Below are positions 46,005 through 54,186 of a stretch of 54,186 nt of DNA, in pieces (position 1 is the stretch's first letter; every line of letters begins with the position of its first letter). The DNA is taken from contig CAZTMX010000001.1 in NCBI GenBank assembly GCA_964614855.1, forward strand, positions 1 to 54,186. Reading direction: 5' to 3'. A program made the position numbers and the translations under genes. The notes below the pieces were generated by a model that was not told the DNA's origin, searched no databases, and worked only from the letters and a program-made list of their open reading frames with translations. The DNA is from an uncultured Anaerolineaceae bacterium (GTDB lineage: Bacteria; Chloroflexota; Anaerolineae; Anaerolineales; UBA4823).

Positions 46005-46071
46005 GCCACGTATAAAATTGCCAGCATCACTGGCATGCGCATGCCGATTGGCGCTGCGCCCTGCATCGCGG

Positions 46072-46692
46072 CTAAGCGCTCAGCAGTTGCTCGAGCACGA
46101 CCTTTGAGCGCGCTTCCACCTCAGCGTGCAGGCTGCCGCCGTGCGAGTCCATGGTGACCACCACGGGGAAATCCTGCACTTCGATCACCCAAAAGGCTTC
46201 CGGTACGCCAAATTCCAGCTTATAAACTGTCTGCACCCGGGTGACGGTTTGTGCGATCAGGGTGGCTGCGCCGCCGATGGCATGCAAGTACACCCCCGGC
46301 ACCTCACGGCAGGCGTTCAGCGTCTTTGGCCCCATCCCGCCCTTGCCGATTACACCCTGGCAGTGAAAATGCCCCATCACTGCCCCCTGGTAAGGTTCTT
46401 CGCGGATGCTGGTGGTGGGTCCGGCAGCCACAAAGCGGTACTCCTTTGTATCCAGCCCGGAGACTACCGGCCCGCAGTGGTAGATCACCCCACCGTGCAG
46501 GATCTTCGCCAGCGCCTGGTAGATTTCCAGGTCGTCACCCTGCGGCTGGCGGGTTTTCTGGATAAACGTCTCCACCAGCCATTTGTGGGCGGTGTCGCGC
46601 CCGGTCACCATCACCCCGGAGAGCAGCAGTGGGTCGCCGACCTTCAGCTCTCGGATCAGGTCATCGCTAAAAGGAAGTTGTATTTTGAGCAT
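46072..46692 (-). CDS. Class I (Fe-S) fumarate hydratase / tartrate dehydratase, beta subunit
   Basis: GDPLLLSGVMVTGRDTAHKWL and GKGGMG fit the Fe-S hydro-lyase beta-type pattern. ATG ending at 46692 (MLKIQLPF) is preferred over the track start at 46806. Confidence 0.85.
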   Translation of the reverse strand: MLKIQLPFSDDLIRELKVGDPLLLSGVMVTGRDTAHKWLVETFIQKTRQPQGDDLEIYQALAKILHGGVIYHCGPVVSGLDTKEYRFVAAGPTTSIREEPYQGAVMGHFHCQGVIGKGGMGPKTLNACREVPGVYLHAIGGAATLIAQTVTRVQTVYKLEFGVPEAFWVIEVQDFPVVVTMDSHGGSLHAEVEARSKVVLEQLLSA

Positions 46693-46745
46693 GGTTTGTG
46701 TCCTCCTGGCGCAAACAGCCAGCCGGCTGCGTGTGCCTGGAAATG

Positions 46746-47618
46746 CTACTGATAGGTCGCCGTACCGTCCCGCCAGGTCATGCGGCGACGGCGGTAGGCC
46801 CAGCACATATAGGAAATCGAGACAAAGAAGCTAGCGGGCAGCCGGTTCAGGTGCGTCAGCTTGGTCGCCAGCACGGTGGTGGCTCCGCCAAACCCCATGG
46901 GACCAATCCCCAGCTGGTTGGCTTCCTCAGTCAGGCGTTCTTCCAGGGCTGCCAGCTCTGGGTCGGGGCTGGGTTCGTCCATCTGGCGGAACAGTGCTTC
47001 CTTGGAGGCCAGGTAGGATGAGCCGCGGTCGCCGCCGATCGCTACACCCAATATGCCCGGCGCACAGCCCTTACCCTGCGCTTTGTGCACCGCATCCAGC
47101 ACGACCTTGCGCACACCAGCCAGGTCGCGCCCGGCGCCCAGGGCGCTGTTGGGCAGCGAATACTGCGCCCCCACGTTCTCGCAGCCGCCGCCTTTGAGCA
47201 TCAGGTCGATGGTCAGCGTGTCGTCTTCGCTCTCGTGAAAATGCACGGTGGGGAAATAATCGCCGCCCAGGTTGTTGCCGCTGTTTTTTCCACTTAGCGA
47301 ATCCACTGAGTTCGGGCGCAAGTAAGAGCGCCGCGTGGCCTGGACGACAGCCTCATCGATCTGTTTACGCAGGCTGCGCGTGCTCCAACCGGCAGGGTAG
47401 GAGACATAAAAAATTGGGGTGCCGGTATCCTGGCAGATGGGGGTCTGGTTGCGGCGCGCCAGGTCGATATTTTGTAAGATGCTCTCCATGGCGCCGCGCG
47501 CTGCCGAACCGGGCTGCTCGCGCTCTGCAGCCCGCCTGATCGCATCTTCCACATCCGGCGGCAGGTCTGTGGCAGCCAGCCGCACCAACTCCAGCACAGC
47601 TTGGGTGATATCTTGCAT
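46746..47618 (-). CDS. Class I (Fe-S) fumarate hydratase / tartrate dehydratase, alpha subunit
   Basis: PICQDTGTPIFYV and GGGCEN fit the Fe-S hydro-lyase alpha-type pattern. SD AGGAGG upstream. Confidence 0.85.
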   Translation of the reverse strand: MQDITQAVLELVRLAATDLPPDVEDAIRRAAEREQPGSAARGAMESILQNIDLARRNQTPICQDTGTPIFYVSYPAGWSTRSLRKQIDEAVVQATRRSYLRPNSVDSLSGKNSGNNLGGDYFPTVHFHESEDDTLTIDLMLKGGGCENVGAQYSLPNSALGAGRDLAGVRKVVLDAVHKAQGKGCAPGILGVAIGGDRGSSYLASKEALFRQMDEPSPDPELAALEERLTEEANQLGIGPMGFGGATTVLATKLTHLNRLPASFFVSISYMCWAYRRRRMTWRDGTATYQ

Positions 47619-47676
47619 GGCAGTACCTCCTGAAGGGTTGAAAAGCGAAAATATTGTGCTAATAAATCAAATCTGT

Positions 47677-49548
47677 TTATTCTGTGTGTTTTCGCAGCCA
47701 GGCGATGGCGCCCTTGGTCTGCCACCAGGCGTAGAAATAATCGCTGGCGTAGTGGCGCGCTTCACCGTCTTCATCCAGGTCCGTATCCTCGGCGTCGATA
47801 TCGGGCAGCAGGCGCCTGCCGGTCAGGTATTCCGGCGCCAGGGCGTTACACTGCAGGGCAACTTTGAGGGCGCTGCAGGCTTGCGGGCTGTCGCCGCTTT
47901 TGCGGAAGGCGAGCAGGGCGCGCGTATAGGGCCAGCCGGCGTATTCTTCATCGGCATAGCGCTCCAACAGCCCGGCAGCTTCTTCATCCTGGCCAAGCTT
48001 CATATAAATATACAGCAGGGCATAACGGGCGCCCTGGTGATCAGCCGGGTTCAAATGCAGGAGCTCACGGTAATGCCCCAGCGCCTGGTCATAGGCTTCC
48101 ATTTCCACCAGGCATTCTGCAACCCCCTGGCGGGCGACCAGATACGGGCGCGCCACCGGCAGGTCCCACAGGTGCCCGCTGTGCTGTTCAAACAGCTCCG
48201 GCGCCAGGTATTTTTCACCGGCGTGCATCCCACGCTCAAAGTATGCCAGCGCTTCTTCGACGCTTTCGGCCTCTTCGCCCAGAACCACCAGGGCGCGTAT
48301 GCAGCCGTCAAAGTAATCCAGTGCTTCTTTCGCCAGCAGCACCCGTTCTTCGGGGTCATCTGTCTCCCAGGAGCGGCGTGAAAGCTCCAGGGCGATCTTA
48401 ACCCGGGGATCATCCGGCAGGCGCAGCCAGTGCAGCATATGCTGGCCCTCGGGGGTGGCCAGCTCGCCGTCTTGATCCAGCGCCAGCGCCTCTTGTGCGA
48501 TCTCCTGGGGGTCATCCTGTGCGAAATCGCCTGCGAGCCTGTCAGTGTCCTTGCTTGCAGGGTAGCGCACCTGGACACACAGCTCACCCAATGGGGTGGG
48601 GATGGTGTATTCGGCTGTTGCCGGGGTGTAGTCCTCCGCTTCTTCATCAGGGGCCAGCCCAGAGACAAAGCGAGCGATGGCCTGCAAACAGGCGCCCAGC
48701 CGGTTGAGCTGCTCAGGGCTGGGGCGCAGGATTTCGTCTTGCGTATAGATAACAGGAACGGGATAGGCCTGCTGGTGTGCGACCGGCCAGCCGAATTGCT
48801 GGATGGCTTCCAGGTCAGCCGAAGGCACGGCTTCGGGCGGTTCGTAGCTGAGCATTTTCAGCCCCTGCTCGGGCAGAATCTCCAGCGGCTGGGTGGTTTG
48901 CGCAGCGACCTGGACCAGCTCCTGCCAGCTGTCGAAGAATAGCAAGCCGTACTGGATGCCGGCTTTGCCCATCAGGATGACGTACAAATCCTTCCCCGGC
49001 GGCTCTACATGCAGCGCCAGGGGTTGGGTGTCATCCAGCCTGTCCCAAACAGCCTGGCGGTAGAAATCTGCCGCTACGGCGTAGAAATGGGCTGCACTCT
49101 CCACGCTGATCCCTTCGATCTCCAACAGACCCAGCACCGAGGGCTGCGGTTTCTCATAGTCCATCAACCCCTGGATAAAAACCTGGTCGGCCAGCTCGTG
49201 ACGGGCGATCGTGCTTGCAGCGATGCCTGCCTGGGCCAGGGATGGCGCCAGCAGTGCATACATTTTTTTGGTTTCGAATTCTACTGCTGCCGGGCGGTGA
49301 GGTCTCGGGCTGCTGAGCGGGTAGATCATGTTTTCCGCCAAGAAATCCAGTATGTCTTCACCGGTGGGTGGCGTGTAGAAGGGTTGGCTGTCGAGCAGCT
49401 TACTGCCTTCTACATCAGCCAGCAGCAATAAGTATGGTGCGGTCTCACCGGAGGCGGTTTGTGTTTGGCGCAGAATCAAATACCAGGTATCTTGCTCCTG
49501 CGGCAACGCGAGCACTTCTGGGTGGATGCGCGGGCTTTTGCGTTTCAA
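47677..49548 (-). CDS. Hypothetical 623-aa protein with C-terminal TPR-like helical repeats
   Basis: TTG start with GGAGG 5 nt upstream. The C-terminal ~230 aa have TPR-like periodicity (AYDQALGHYRELLHLNP, GARYALLYIYMKLGQDEEA). No catalytic motif was recognised in the N-terminal ~360 aa. Confidence 0.6.
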   Translation of the reverse strand: MKRKSPRIHPEVLALPQEQDTWYLILRQTQTASGETAPYLLLLADVEGSKLLDSQPFYTPPTGEDILDFLAENMIYPLSSPRPHRPAAVEFETKKMYALLAPSLAQAGIAASTIARHELADQVFIQGLMDYEKPQPSVLGLLEIEGISVESAAHFYAVAADFYRQAVWDRLDDTQPLALHVEPPGKDLYVILMGKAGIQYGLLFFDSWQELVQVAAQTTQPLEILPEQGLKMLSYEPPEAVPSADLEAIQQFGWPVAHQQAYPVPVIYTQDEILRPSPEQLNRLGACLQAIARFVSGLAPDEEAEDYTPATAEYTIPTPLGELCVQVRYPASKDTDRLAGDFAQDDPQEIAQEALALDQDGELATPEGQHMLHWLRLPDDPRVKIALELSRRSWETDDPEERVLLAKEALDYFDGCIRALVVLGEEAESVEEALAYFERGMHAGEKYLAPELFEQHSGHLWDLPVARPYLVARQGVAECLVEMEAYDQALGHYRELLHLNPADHQGARYALLYIYMKLGQDEEAAGLLERYADEEYAGWPYTRALLAFRKSGDSPQACSALKVALQCNALAPEYLTGRRLLPDIDAEDTDLDEDGEARHYASDYFYAWWQTKGAIAWLRKHTE

Positions 49549-49688
49549 ATCGGCCTCCAGGCGGGCATGGGTATGGGTGGGTTTGCCTGTATTATAAATG
49601 CTTTTTGGTCTTCGCCCCAGGCAGCCCTTGACTTACTTGCTGTTCCGGCGATAATTCCTCCCTGGGTAGAACCCGCGGAGGAGAAATT

Positions 49689-50594
49689 ATGAGTGTACGT
49701 TGCTGGCTGTACAACGGAAATGAGTTAAAACAATTGGATCTGGGGCAGGTGGACAGCCTGGACGCCTCGACAGCGCTGATCCCTGGCGGGGCATACACCA
49801 CGTTTCGCACCTTCCAGGGCACCAAGACACTCTTACTCGAAGACCATTTCCTGCGCCTGGAGGAGACCTCCCACCTGGCAGGCCAACCCGTGCAGATCGA
49901 GCGCCTGGCTGTGCGGGGGGCGTTGCGCCGGGTATTAGCTGAAGCCCAAAGGCTTTTCGCTGTAGATTCGGCGCCGGATGCCCAGGAGGAAACCCCCACA
50001 CAGCCTGGGATCCCCTCCTCCACCCCATTCGACCTGCGCCTGCGGATGACGCTGGATCTGGAACAGCGACCCGGCGAGCTGTACCTGGCAGCCGAGCCGC
50101 TGCACACCCCGCCGCAAGAAGCTTACGCACACGGTGTGCGGGTGGTGATCCGTAGAATGCAGCGCATCAACCCCAAGGCCAAGTTGACGCGTTTTATCCA
50201 GCGCTCGGACCCGGTGCGCCAGTCCCTGCCTGCGGGTGTCAACGAAGCCGTGATGGTCAACGAGCAGGATGAGCTGCTAGAAGGGCTGAGCAGCAATTTT
50301 TATGCGATCCTGTATGGAGAGATTTGGACAGCGGAAGCAGGCGTGCTATCGGGGATCACACGCAGCATGGTCATCGAATGCGCCCGCCGGCTGGATATCC
50401 CGATGCGCTACCAGCCCGCCAGGTTGAGCGATGTGCCTCGCATACAGGAAGCCTTTATCACCTCTGCCAGCCGGGCGGTGCTGCCGCTGTGCCAGATAGA
50501 GGATACGACCTTGCCGCAGACACCCGGCGCGCTGACCCGCCGCCTGATGCAGGCTTATGTGGGTCTGTTGGAAGAAAGATTGGAAAAGATTTAA
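49689..50594 (+). CDS. Aminotransferase class IV family protein (BCAT / aminodeoxychorismate-lyase-like)
   Basis: The fold-type IV pattern includes FRTFQG, EGLSSNFY and VLSGITRSMVIE. SD GGAGGAG upstream. Confidence 0.8.
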   Translation: MSVRCWLYNGNELKQLDLGQVDSLDASTALIPGGAYTTFRTFQGTKTLLLEDHFLRLEETSHLAGQPVQIERLAVRGALRRVLAEAQRLFAVDSAPDAQEETPTQPGIPSSTPFDLRLRMTLDLEQRPGELYLAAEPLHTPPQEAYAHGVRVVIRRMQRINPKAKLTRFIQRSDPVRQSLPAGVNEAVMVNEQDELLEGLSSNFYAILYGEIWTAEAGVLSGITRSMVIECARRLDIPMRYQPARLSDVPRIQEAFITSASRAVLPLCQIEDTTLPQTPGALTRRLMQAYVGLLEERLEKI

Positions 50595-53587
50595 GCTGCG
50601 GTACAGGCGCGCAGCGCCTTGCGTGCCACCTCTAACAAAGTTTCCGTGCGGTCCCCATCATTGGGGTACATCCCGGTGCCGCAAGAAAGCCCCAGCTTGA
50701 TTTCCTTGCCTGCGCACACAAAGGGTGTCTGGAATTGCTCCGCCAGCCTGCCGGTGATGATCTCCAGCGCCTTGGCATGCGGCAGCCTTTCAATGATCAC
50801 CCCAAATTCGTTTTCCCCCAGGCGTGCCAGGAAATCATCCTGGCGTAAGTTCCGGTGGATGCGCCCGGCAGCTTTTTGGATGCACTGGTGGTAAATTTCC
50901 TTGCCCGCGCTTTTTTCCAGGTTCGCCAGCCCCTGGATCTGCATGATCAAGAGGCCAAATTGCTCCACCCGGCTTGAGGCATCCGAAATGGCTTTGCTCA
51001 GGTTTCCTGAGAATACCTGGCCTTCCGGCAGCCCGGTCAGGTGATCCACCGGCGCCGTCGATCTCCCCCGCTGGGCTTCAAAATCCACCTTTTTCACCAG
51101 CACCAGGTTGTGGTTGCCTGCCAGGGGGCGGACAGGCAGCGAGAGGGCTTCGATAGCGATCAGCGCGCCGGAGTGGTGCTGGATATGGGTTTCCGAGATT
51201 GGCGAAGCCTGCCAGTTTTGCCGGGTGTAATCCAGGCTGAAATTCTGCAAATTCATCCCCAGCATGATCCCCAGCGGCAAACCGCTGAGCTGCTGCGCCT
51301 GGTAATTGGCGGCTTTGATCTGGCCTTCGCCGTCCACCAGGAACATGGCATTGTTTGCATCCACCAGGCGGTACACGTGTGGGCAACCAGTGCCGTATCT
51401 CTCGCAGCCCTGGCGGGAGAAGCTGTCCAGGAAGCGCAGCTGCGGTCCAGCCGGTTGGGCCGCAGGATGCTGTGCAGCTGATAGCTGGGCGGCAGGGTGT
51501 TGGGCAGCAGGGTGTTGGGCAGCTGGGAGCTGGATCTTTTCCGGTTGGGTCTGGTAGGTGCGCCGGTAATGCTGGAAATCCTCCACCGCCTGCTGCACCA
51601 GGTTCGCCTCGTCTATCCAAAACGCCCAATCCAGGGCATAATCGATATTCTCCAGCTCTTCATCAATGGCGAATAGCAGCTGTCCTGGCGAGCGGCTGGT
51701 TGGAAGCAGGGATACTTTCTGGTGCAAATACTCCAGGTAGTGGTTGCCAAAAATCTCTTGCAGCGCGGATTTTACCTCTTTTTGGCTGGCCAGGCGCTCC
51801 ATGGCGAATTGGCGAATTAGGGGTTTAAAGGCATAGCGCCCGTATCCCAGGCGCACCAGCAGCGATTGGTCGCTGAAGAAAGTCAGCGTATCCTGGCTGG
51901 TATGGCAAATTTGCTCGGCAGCCTGGGGGGTAAAACTGCAAGGAAATATCGAGAGCGACTCGAGCTGTCTTTGGTATGGGTCATCCAGCGCTTCCCACAC
52001 GCTGGTCAGAATTTTCTTCATACTCCGCTGGCGAGCGGGTACATCATGCAAGGAAGTAGAAAGCACCACCAGGTCCTTATGCAGCGAATCGACGATGTTG
52101 GGCAGCGAGAGCTCGTGCAGCCGGTCGGCAGCCAGCTCCAGCGCCAGCGGGATGCCGTCCACCGCCTGGCACAGCTCCAGCACGTAAAACAGCCAGGAGG
52201 GGTTCTGCGTGAGGTCCTGGCGGCTGTGGCGGGCGCGCTTTAGAAACAGCTGGACTGCTGGCGATTTGAGCGCCTGGCTGTCGCTCGGGTCCAACGGGTA
52301 AGGCAGCCCTTCCAGGGTCAGCGGGTTTGCAGCCAGCAGGTTTAGGCGCTGGCGCGAAGTGACGATGATCTTGATATGCAGCGCATTTTGCAGCAGATCC
52401 ATCAGCAGGTGGGTGGAATTGTGCATCTCGTCGAACTGGTCGACAAGCAGGATGCAGCGCTTGCTTTCCAGGAAGCGCCCGATCTGCATCCTTGGATTGG
52501 CCAAGCTGATGGTCAGCCCCAGCGAGCGCGCCAGCGCCGGGTAGAACAGCTCCTCGGAGTGCACGCCGTCCAGGGAGAGATAGTACAGACCGTCCTGGAA
52601 TTCTTTCACCTGGCGTTGGGCGGCTTCGATCGCCAGGCGCGATTTGCCCACGCCCGGCAGGCCGTTGATCGAGATCAGTTGGCAGCTTGGGTTGGCGAGG
52701 CAGCGCGCCAGGTAGTCCAGCTCGTCTTCCCGGCCGATAAATTCGGTCATCGGGCGGGGCAAGCCGTCCGGCGCCTGGATTTCGCCTTCATCGCCGAGGA
52801 TGACCGGTTTGCCCAGGCGGATGCGCTCGTACAACCCAACGGTCTCCGCCGAGGGTTCCACGCCCAGTTCCTGCTGCAGCATGCGCACACACAGCTGGTA
52901 TTGTTCCAGCGCGGCAGAGCGGCGCCCGCTGAGCGCCAGCAGCTCCATCAAGCGCCGGTAAGCCTGTTCTTCCAGCGGGGCATGCTTGACATACAACCAG
53001 GCGTATTTTTGCATCGTCTCCCAGTCGCCCTGGGTTTTGTAGATCTCGCTCAGGTGGTCGAGGATTTCCAGCAGGTAGCGTTTAAATTGCTCGCGATGGA
53101 AAAAAGCCCATTCCTGGAAGGACTGGCTGTTCTCCACGTACAGCCCGGTCAGGAAATCCTGGCGGTAGAGATCCACTGCTTCTTGCAGCTGCTGGGCGCA
53201 GGTGGGGCAGGTATCCAGGTTCTTGTGATCGTGGACGCTGTTGGCTTGCAGATGCGCTTTGAAGGTATCGGCATCCACCCAATAAGAGGCCTTTGGGTTG
53301 AGCTGGATGGATTCATCGCTGACCAGCAGCAAGGGTTGTGAAGTACGCCGGTCTTCGATGGCATTGCGCACCCCCAACAGCGCCTGGCGCAGGTTGGCGC
53401 GGCTCATGATTTCAGGGCGGTCGGGCCAGAACATTTCTGCCAGCAGCTCGCGACTGATGGGGCGTTTGGCTTCCATCACCAGGTACGCCAACAGGGCGCG
53501 CTCTTTATCGGTGCGAAATTTGCGCGTGATAGATTGGTTGTCCAGGTTTACCTGGAAATCGCCGAGCAAAAAAAAGGATAATCTCAC
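50591..53587 (-). CDS. Multidomain regulator: SARP/BTAD winged-helix + NB-ARC (STAND) ATPase + helical region + PAS-like + degenerate GGDEF
   Basis: The gene has a GTG start. The N-terminal FFLLGDFQV...ERALLAYL, together with the BTAD helices, is SARP-like. The P-loop is GLPGVGKS (nt 52640..52663) and Walker B is ILLVDQFD. PAS-like sequence: LVDANNAMFLVDGEGQIKAAN. The C-terminal DHLTGLP...RQDDFLARLGENEFGVII is GGDEF-like. Confidence 0.85.
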   Translation of the reverse strand: MRLSFFLLGDFQVNLDNQSITRKFRTDKERALLAYLVMEAKRPISRELLAEMFWPDRPEIMSRANLRQALLGVRNAIEDRRTSQPLLLVSDESIQLNPKASYWVDADTFKAHLQANSVHDHKNLDTCPTCAQQLQEAVDLYRQDFLTGLYVENSQSFQEWAFFHREQFKRYLLEILDHLSEIYKTQGDWETMQKYAWLYVKHAPLEEQAYRRLMELLALSGRRSAALEQYQLCVRMLQQELGVEPSAETVGLYERIRLGKPVILGDEGEIQAPDGLPRPMTEFIGREDELDYLARCLANPSCQLISINGLPGVGKSRLAIEAAQRQVKEFQDGLYYLSLDGVHSEELFYPALARSLGLTISLANPRMQIGRFLESKRCILLVDQFDEMHNSTHLLMDLLQNALHIKIIVTSRQRLNLLAANPLTLEGLPYPLDPSDSQALKSPAVQLFLKRARHSRQDLTQNPSWLFYVLELCQAVDGIPLALELAADRLHELSLPNIVDSLHKDLVVLSTSLHDVPARQRSMKKILTSVWEALDDPYQRQLESLSIFPCSFTPQAAEQICHTSQDTLTFFSDQSLLVRLGYGRYAFKPLIRQFAMERLASQKEVKSALQEIFGNHYLEYLHQKVSLLPTSRSPGQLLFAIDEELENIDYALDWAFWIDEANLVQQAVEDFQHYRRTYQTQPEKIQLPAAQHPAAQHPAAQLSAAQHPAAQPAGPQLRFLDSFSRQGCERYGTGCPHVYRLVDANNAMFLVDGEGQIKAANYQAQQLSGLPLGIMLGMNLQNFSLDYTRQNWQASPISETHIQHHSGALIAIEALSLPVRPLAGNHNLVLVKKVDFEAQRGRSTAPVDHLTGLPEGQVFSGNLSKAISDASSRVEQFGLLIMQIQGLANLEKSAGKEIYHQCIQKAAGRIHRNLRQDDFLARLGENEFGVIIERLPHAKALEIITGRLAEQFQTPFVCAGKEIKLGLSCGTGMYPNDGDRTETLLEVARKALRACTAA
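51449..51523 (-). repeat. Five tandem 15-nt coding repeats (AAQHP-type pentapeptides)
   Basis: Two perfect copies of AGGGTGTTGGGCAGC occupy 51494..51523, with three diverged copies upstream. Minus-strand translation reads AAQHP AAQHP AAQLS AAQHP AAQPA. Confidence 0.9.
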
Positions 53588-53758
53588 TGACGCCGCCCAG
53601 ATCCCTGTGAAAGAAAACTTAGAAATTGGTGAGTTTTTTCTGCAATATCACGCAAAAATCACGCTTTTATCTACGCATATATAACATCTCAATCACGCTT
53701 CCTGGTAATAATACCGTTAAATCGGAAGATTTGCAACTATTTATTGGGAAAGGCGACC

Positions 53759-53977
53759 ATGAGAGAGAAACCAGGACTGCACAAATCGTACTTGCTGCGC
53801 ATCTGGAGGGACAGCCTCGATGGTGAGTGGCGCGCTTCGCTGCAAGATGTGGTCACCTGCGAAAACCAAAATTTTTCAACCGTTTCGTCGCTGTTGGATT
53901 TCCTGTCGCACGAAACCAGGCCCCAGGCAGCGACCTTCAGGCTTCAAAATGGCGAGGTGTTTATGCAGCGAACCTGA
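53759..53977 (+). CDS. Small hypothetical protein (72 aa), divergent from the regulator
   Basis: ATG 53759 follows GGGAAAGG. The sequence MREKPGLHKSYLLRIWRDSLDGEWRASLQD... has no motif I can name. Confidence 0.4.
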   Translation: MREKPGLHKSYLLRIWRDSLDGEWRASLQDVVTCENQNFSTVSSLLDFLSHETRPQAATFRLQNGEVFMQRT

Positions 53978-54109
53978 AAGATAAGGAATATAACGAGAGC
54001 TCAGCAAGACCTTTTTTATGTGTAATGGCTTACGCTGACTCCTAAGTGAATATGAGTTCGGGCGCGTAAGTCTAGTTGGTTTAACAACAAAACTCGATAG
54101 GAGGAAATT

Positions 54110-54186
54110 ATGAAATTGAAGAAATTGGGAATGATGTTGGTATTTGTCCTGGTCGCAGTGTCCATGGTCACCAGCCTGGTCGCGGC
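54110..54186 (+). CDS. 5' end of an exported protein (runs off the window)
   Basis: ATG 54110 lies 6 nt after AGGAGG. MKLKKLGMMLVFVLVAVSMVTSLVA is signal-peptide-like. It is absent from the ORF track because there is no stop within the window. Confidence 0.4.
   Translation, partial: MKLKKLGMMLVFVLVAVSMVTSLVA

Noticed and set aside
42632-46071. Calling the LysM-to-CHAT stretch a mobile genomic island
   Set aside because: There is no integrase, transposase, tRNA or flanking direct repeats. By eye the SIR2 and CHAT coding regions are as GC-rich as their neighbours, and only the spacer is AT-rich. Horizontal origin is possible but not supported by the sequence alone.
46005-46071. Terminator between convergent CHAT and fumarase-beta genes
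   Set aside because: Only a weak 5-bp stem (GCCAG/CTGGC) without a U-tract is present, which is not convincing as an intrinsic terminator.
50591-50594. Four-nt overlap of the convergent stop codons of the class IV aminotransferase gene and the regulator gene (TTAA)
   Set aside because: This is a trivial palindromic stop overlap. It implies possible transcriptional interference but is not a distinct feature.
51449-51523. Tandem 15-nt repeats as a mini-CRISPR or non-coding satellite
   Set aside because: There are no spacers, the repeats are contiguous and in frame inside a long ORF, and they translate to a coherent pentapeptide repeat.
52376-53341. Long antisense ORFs: 52376..53341, 29651..30565, 47419..48381, 44547..45245, 8277..8888, 916..1578, 14500..15252 and others
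   Set aside because: These lie opposite or out of frame to genes with clear motif-level identity. Their translations are Arg/Gly/Pro/His-rich nonsense typical of shadow ORFs in GC-rich DNA, and they have no SD or start context.

Overview
This 54.2-kb window is a chromosomal segment from a GC-rich bacterium. The protein style looks Chloroflexota/Anaerolineae-like: Thr/Pro-rich linkers on exported proteins, a membrane-anchored solute-binding protein, DUF503/DUF4230 genes and PI-lipid-type genes. That assignment is inference only. I count about 48 protein-coding genes and found no rRNA, tRNA, CRISPR array, transposase or integrase.

Most of the window is housekeeping. It includes secG, recA, ffh-rpsP-KH-rimM-dprA, topA, greA, a dGTPase, mtnA-PfkB kinase-ahcY, a two-subunit class I fumarase, a heterodimeric ABC exporter pair, and lipid and cell-wall genes.

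The stand-out is at 43.3-46.0 kb. A SIR2-like (SIR2_2-type) protein carrying a long helical tail is translationally coupled to a CHAT (caspase-fold) protease. The pair sits behind an AT-rich non-coding stretch with a near-consensus promoter. No NTPase, TIR, pAgo, HerA or CRISPR partner is nearby. I flag it as a candidate, apparently unnamed, two-gene conflict/defence or programmed-cell-death module. One caveat is that the SIR2 catalytic Asn position reads Ser.

The second most interesting item is a 998-aa SARP(BTAD)-NB-ARC-PAS-GGDEF fusion regulator. Its GGDEF motif is degenerate (GENEF) but the RxxD I-site is intact, and it contains a five-copy 15-nt coding tandem repeat.

Several genes have sigma70-like -10 boxes 6-8 nt from their start codons and no Shine-Dalgarno sequence, which suggests leaderless mRNAs.

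All calls rest on motif recognition by eye from the supplied translations and DNA. No database search was run.
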